Sequence record: ON529857.1
Reading direction: 5' to 3' (one strand)
Length of the DNA stretch: 64,000 bases
Part shown: one piece after another, positions 60,118 to 64,000 of the stretch
Numbering within the stretch: the stretch's first letter is position 1
Layout: each line of letters opens with the position of its first letter
Notes under the pieces: generated by a model
Database searches by the model: none
Told to the model about the DNA's origin: nothing
The model's input: only the letters and a program-made list of their open reading frames with translations
Position numbers and translations under genes: made by a program

Positions 60118-62154
60118 TTAGTTCGTAAAGGATAGTGCGGAGATCGTCTGACCGGGATTCAGGCGGAAACGCACGAAAATGAGGTTGTCGGTGGAGTTGG
60201 TCGACGACTGGGTGCCGAAGGTGATCTGGAAGGCGCCGGACCCGCCCGTCATGACGGAGCCGGACGCGCAACCCGCCAGGACGTCGCCAGCTTCACCAGG
60301 AACACCCGCGCCGTCATAGGGCGCGAATCCATTCCACCACCCACCTGGAGCGTTGGGCTGTTGATCCGAAACGCCCGGCAGCTTGACCCAGCAACCGGCA
60401 TAGGAGCCGGTGACGTTAATGCGGAAGGCGGAACGCGATGCGCGGCGGAATCCGAACACCACATATTGAGCACCGTCGCGACCGATCGACAGGTCTGGAC
60501 CCGAAGGAAGGTAGGCGGTGTAGTTGGTGCGGTTGTGGCCCAGGACTCCGCCAACGACCGCCGCCTCATGCGCCGGGAGAACCGCAGCCGAATCCCACGC
60601 CGCGCCATTGCCGGCTGGTGTATCGCCGGGCGAAAAAGCAAATCGCCGCGCGTTGTCATTGACCGGAAGCGCGCCCAGGCCGCTGACCGTGACGTTCATC
60701 TCGTCGATACGGGTGCCGGCTCCGCCGCGCTTGATCAGGATGGTCGGGCCACCCAAGTCGGCCGTGTCAACACCGTTGACATTACGCGCGACGCCGCTGA
60801 TCTTACCCGACAAGTGTCCCGTCCCGTCGATCGTGATCGTCTGCGGAATGACCGCCTGGGGCGTCAAGGTGTTGCTCTGGAGCGGCGCGTCGATGCCGCT
60901 GGCGGGAACATAGCCAAACGTCTTGGTGGCGATCACCGGCCCGGTAAACTGGATCGGATCAGAGCCGCCGTAGTAGGTCTCTCCCGCCAGGTTGGCGATA
61001 GACATCCCTACCGTCACGCGCCCGCCCTGATCGTAGTGAGGAACACTCGACGAATAGGCGGGCGTGCCCCGATCCGCCTCCACCAAGGAGACCGCCGAAA
61101 TGATCGGCGCAGCGATCAGGGAATCGCGAATGAAGTTGACGGTATTGGTCTGACCGGCGTCGGAGTGTGCGATGTAAAGGCTGTTGTGCCCGACCGGAAC
61201 CGAGCGCTGATTCAGGCGAACATCGATCGACTTCCAAAAGCCCGGCGTCTCCACCGGATAATCCTTCTGATCGGAAATCTCCAGGCCAGCATAGACGCCG
61301 TTGTCCCCGGTCCCCGTAAGGGTATGGGTCGCTACGACGGCGCCGTTCAAGGAGACGGACACAGTGCCGCTGTCGCCTGGACCGGAATCCTGTAGGACGC
61401 TTGACGTCACCTGCGAAGCCGTAACGCGTGTGACCGCCGTGCCGGGCGACAGGGTAGCGCCGCTATTGTTGGTGTAGCCGACCGCCAGGCGCGGCGACGC
61501 CCCGGCGACGTTCGTCAAGGCCAGGGCGCCGTTAGGGAAAGACGGTGGTTGCGTCGGGATCAGCTTGCCGAGCACTTCGTTCAAACGATCAACCGCCTCC
61601 GAAACCGGCGTGGCGTCTTCCAACGGCACAGCGCCGGGTTGCCACGAGCCGTCTCCATGCGCTTCGACGTCGCCCAGGATGATGTGGAAGCCGTCCAGGT
61701 TATCGACCTTGTCGGCCGCATCCTTCAGACGGATATTGATCTTGGACACCGCTTCAGAAACGGTGTCGTCCTCGGTCAACGGAACCGCGCCGTCGTCCCA
61801 CAGGCTTTCGCCGTTCGGGCCTGGCTTGTCCCCCAGAGGAATGTTCGTGCCGACGGGCGCGAAGTTCGCCATGGCGCAGTTGAGGCGCGCCAGCGCTTCA
61901 GCGACATTGTCGACCGGTTCCAGAACCACCAGGCCGCACGACCAATCGACCTTGTCGCCCAGTCGGATTTGATCTGCGTCACGCGCCTCGGCGATGACGA
62001 CGTCTACCGAACCCTCAGCACCATACTCGCCCGCGAACAGAACGCCGCAGGTGTACCCCTCGTCTTCGGGAGGGGACTTGATGAAGATGGGAAACGCCTC
62101 GTGGGTTTCGACGTCAACTGCGACATCGCCCGTGACGTCGATAAACGCGGCCAT
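60118..62154 (-). CDS. Virion structural protein (678 aa)
   Basis: Repeated W..GAVPL....VSEA motifs; the C-terminal ~450 aa parallel the 723-aa protein. Confidence 0.8.
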   Translation of the reverse strand: MAAFIDVTGDVAVDVETHEAFPIFIKSPPEDEGYTCGVLFAGEYGAEGSVDVVIAEARDADQIRLGDKVDWSCGLVVLEPVDNVAEALARLNCAMANFAPVGTNIPLGDKPGPNGESLWDDGAVPLTEDDTVSEAVSKINIRLKDAADKVDNLDGFHIILGDVEAHGDGSWQPGAVPLEDATPVSEAVDRLNEVLGKLIPTQPPSFPNGALALTNVAGASPRLAVGYTNNSGATLSPGTAVTRVTASQVTSSVLQDSGPGDSGTVSVSLNGAVVATHTLTGTGDNGVYAGLEISDQKDYPVETPGFWKSIDVRLNQRSVPVGHNSLYIAHSDAGQTNTVNFIRDSLIAAPIISAVSLVEADRGTPAYSSSVPHYDQGGRVTVGMSIANLAGETYYGGSDPIQFTGPVIATKTFGYVPASGIDAPLQSNTLTPQAVIPQTITIDGTGHLSGKISGVARNVNGVDTADLGGPTILIKRGGAGTRIDEMNVTVSGLGALPVNDNARRFAFSPGDTPAGNGAAWDSAAVLPAHEAAVVGGVLGHNRTNYTAYLPSGPDLSIGRDGAQYVVFGFRRASRSAFRINVTGSYAGCWVKLPGVSDQQPNAPGGWWNGFAPYDGAGVPGEAGDVLAGCASGSVMTGGSGAFQITFGTQSSTNSTDNLIFVRFRLNPGQTISALSFTN

Positions 62155-62157
62155 GGG

Positions 62158-62529
62158 TTACCGGAGACGAATCTGGATGTGATCTTGCGGGATGATGATT
62201 CCCTTGCCGGCCTCGCAGGCCCGCGACGTGCGCAGGCGCCCATAGACCATCATGCGGCCCTGGGCGTCGAAGACGGCGAAATAGTTGACCTGCACCCAGT
62301 CATTGAGGGCGGGTCCGAACGCCAAGGGGCCGTTCGAGGTCAGCGACGTGATCCCGGCGGCCTTTGTGGCGCTGAAAGTGATGGGTTGGCGCTCGTAGCC
62401 CAACTCCGCCGCCGGCTCGACGATCTGCGAGCCGTCAGGTTCCGGCGCAGACGCCAGCAATCCGAGGGTCAGGTTCGGCCCCCAGAAAGCGACGATGGCG
62501 TCATGCGACAGATAGGAAAGATTGGGCAC
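62158..62529 (-). CDS. Small beta-sandwich fibre-type protein (123 aa)
   Basis: YERQPITF...LAFGPALNDW..V.YFAVFDA pattern of small phage fibre subunits; GTG start. Confidence 0.65.
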   Translation of the reverse strand: MPNLSYLSHDAIVAFWGPNLTLGLLASAPEPDGSQIVEPAAELGYERQPITFSATKAAGITSLTSNGPLAFGPALNDWVQVNYFAVFDAQGRMMVYGRLRTSRACEAGKGIIIPQDHIQIRLR

Positions 62530-62547
62530 GAGCGCGTTTCCCGAAGA

Positions 62548-63012
62548 TTACTTCTTGGCGCGACCGCGACGGGCCGGGCGAGCCGGTGCGGCGTCGTCTT
62601 CGGCGGCCGGTTCGGCATCAGCCGGATCGTCCAGGTCCGAAGCGTCGACGGCTTCAACCTTCGAATAGTCCACGACCGGAGCAGCCGGAGCGGCGGCTTG
62701 CTGCTGGGCGGCCGCGATCGCGGCCTGCTGCATCGCCAGTTGCTGGGCGACTTGCTGCTGCTGCGCCAGAAGCGCGGCGTTGGCGCCGTCGTTGGTCGAA
62801 GTCTTCTGACCCTGAGCGGCGTCCAGAACCTTCTGCGAAGGCGACGGACCTTCCGGCACATGGGCGGTCGCGAACGGCGCATAATGGTTCGGCGACGCCT
62901 TCACGCCGGGAATCCAGGAATAGCCGCAGCCGTTGACAAGGTCACGGGCGTTGGCGCGGGTGTGCATCTCGGCTTCGCCCGACGGGCTGTAGACGACGAC
63001 GGAGTTCGACAT
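62548..63012 (-). CDS. Hypothetical protein with Ala/Gln/Asp low-complexity tail
   Basis: AGGA RBS; conserved-looking N-terminus VYSPSGEAEMHTRANARDLV. Confidence 0.75.
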   Translation of the reverse strand: MSNSVVVYSPSGEAEMHTRANARDLVNGCGYSWIPGVKASPNHYAPFATAHVPEGPSPSQKVLDAAQGQKTSTNDGANAALLAQQQQVAQQLAMQQAAIAAAQQQAAAPAAPVVDYSKVEAVDASDLDDPADAEPAAEDDAAPARPARRGRAKK

Positions 63013-63159
63013 AGGTCGGGTGGTCCTGTTTCGGGGGAGTTAGGCGGGGATGAAAAAGAGCGCAGGGGCACCCGCGCGAGCCCAAAACTTGTGACACGAA
63101 TCGTCCTCGAAGTCAAGATTTTCAACTTGACAAGCCAGGATTCACGTCACTGAGAAAAC

Positions 63160-63759
63160 AATCCACAGACGGGCTTATCTGTGGATAACTGACGATGTGT
63201 CGTTGACCCGTCACATCGACCCGGCTACACGTTCGTCATCGCTTCGGTAACGGAGCGGTCGGCGACCGGGCCTCGGCCCCTAGCCGGGGTTTCTCGACTT
63301 TCCTCAACCTTCGGGAAGAGGACGGCGGGAAACTGGAGAACCAACCGGCGGGGTGACCCGCAGGACCTGGCCGTGGACACGAACCTTCAGACTGCCGCAG
63401 TCTTGAGTCGGTCCTCAGGGATTGGACGGTGCCCAGCAAAGCGTCGTCACGATTTTCTCCGCGAGCCGTCCGCAGCAATGCGCCGGTTCGTCCAGAGACC
63501 TACATCGGTCGACTTGCCTCCACGGGTTTTAGCCGGCCGATATGGTAGAGACGGAACACCGGGTCACACCGGACCGCTTACCGCCGGAACGGCTTCACCG
63601 TGGTGACACGGAATGCCCAACCGGACGACCCTTCCGGGAAACCGAGGAGGACCTCGTTCTCTCCCGGCCTAATCGTAAGAGATGGTCGGACAGTTAGGTC
63701 AGCCAGAACCAGATCGTCGGGGAAGCCCGCCTCAATCTTCGGATCGAGGCGGGCTTTTG
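63160..63759 (+). ncRNA. Putative ~600-nt structured ncRNA, opposite to the gene strand
   Basis: Three C(UUCG)G and GNRA-type loops read on the plus strand, TTGACA at 63127..63132 upstream and a U-tailed hairpin at the end; no credible ORF. Confidence 0.5.
63723..63759 (+). terminator. Intrinsic terminator (U-tract on the plus strand)
   Basis: AAGCCCGCCTC-AATCTTCGGATC-GAGGCGGGCTT followed by TTG; may also act on the minus-strand gene. Confidence 0.7.
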
Positions 63760-63762
63760 CAT

Positions 63763-64000
63763 TTAGGCCTCGACGGTGAAAGACAGCTCCACCGGCGGAG
63801 ACGTGCGCGTGCGCGTTTCCGCCTTCAGGGTCACGATGAAATCGCCGCCCGAGAAACCCTTGCGGTAGAACGACAGTCTCTGGATGTTCTGATAGACATA
63901 GCCGTCGGTGGTTCCGTCGGTGATGTCGATCCCTTCCGCCGGATTCTCCAGGTGAACCTTTCCGGCCGCATCCGTGCGCAGCGTCAGGACCAGATCGGAT
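63763..64000 (-). CDS. C-terminal part of a beta-rich (Ig-like) protein, partial
   Basis: Hand translation ...SDLVLTLRTDAAGKVHLENPAEGIDITDGTTDGYVYQNIQRLSFYRKGFSGGDFIVTLKAETRTRTSPPVELSFTVEA*; open to the right edge. Confidence 0.7.
   Translation of the reverse strand, partial: SDLVLTLRTDAAGKVHLENPAEGIDITDGTTDGYVYQNIQRLSFYRKGFSGGDFIVTLKAETRTRTSPPVELSFTVEA

Noticed and set aside
63280-63305. Minus-strand GAGGAAAGTC and AGAAACCCCGGCTA resembling RNase P RNA CR-I and CR-V
   Set aside because: The two motifs are adjacent rather than ~300 nt apart, and tetraloop polarity favours the plus strand.
2752-63606. Many long plus-strand ORFs and alternative-frame minus ORFs in the ORF track (for example 6532..8475, 11930..14092, 15439..18003, 31034..33478, 34223..36211)
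   Set aside because: They are antisense shadows of real genes in GC-rich DNA: Arg/Ala/Pro-rich, without motifs, and fully overlapping well-supported minus-strand CDSs.
1-64000. CRISPR array, integrase, transposase, rRNA, intron or homing endonuclease
   Set aside because: No regularly spaced direct repeats or diagnostic motifs were seen; the repeats present are protein-domain repeats inside fibre genes.

Overview
This window is part of a large, GC-rich siphovirus genome, most like the phiCbK-type jumbo phages of Caulobacter/Brevundimonas (inferred from GTA-like tail-tip genes, GapR, DUF4170 and a large tRNA set). Almost every gene is on the minus strand. Read in transcription order (right to left) it contains: (i) a ~600-nt non-coding, structured stretch at 63.1-63.8 kb; (ii) a fibre/filament module separate from the tail genes (48-62.5 kb), possibly the head filament; (iii) an RNA-rich region (38-47 kb) with 31 tRNA genes read by hand, a 218-nt tmRNA-like gene, an aberrant tRNA-like element, two further structured non-coding stretches, and host-like genes (def, gapR, metallophosphoesterase, AAA kinase); (iv) a PAS protein, a membrane protein and PhoH; (v) head-tail joining genes, tail tube, tail chaperones with a -1 frameshift, tape measure with a lysozyme domain, duplicated tail-tip genes and a 2898-aa tail fibre. 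The main finding is that the two large tRNA operons each sit behind a sigma70-type promoter, a short unannotated leader ORF and an intrinsic terminator with a mutually exclusive antiterminator. The control codons of each leader use exactly the amino acids, and largely the same codons, served by the tRNAs downstream: YRQNVQNIRVVRFYR before Tyr/Phe/Val/Ile/Gln/Asn/Arg tRNAs, and a 34-residue T/K/L/S/H/A/P run before Pro/Thr/Lys/Leu/His/Ala/Ser tRNAs. This looks like ribosome-mediated attenuation that switches phage tRNAs on when the matching host tRNAs are depleted. All RNA structures and family assignments were made by eye; no searches were run.
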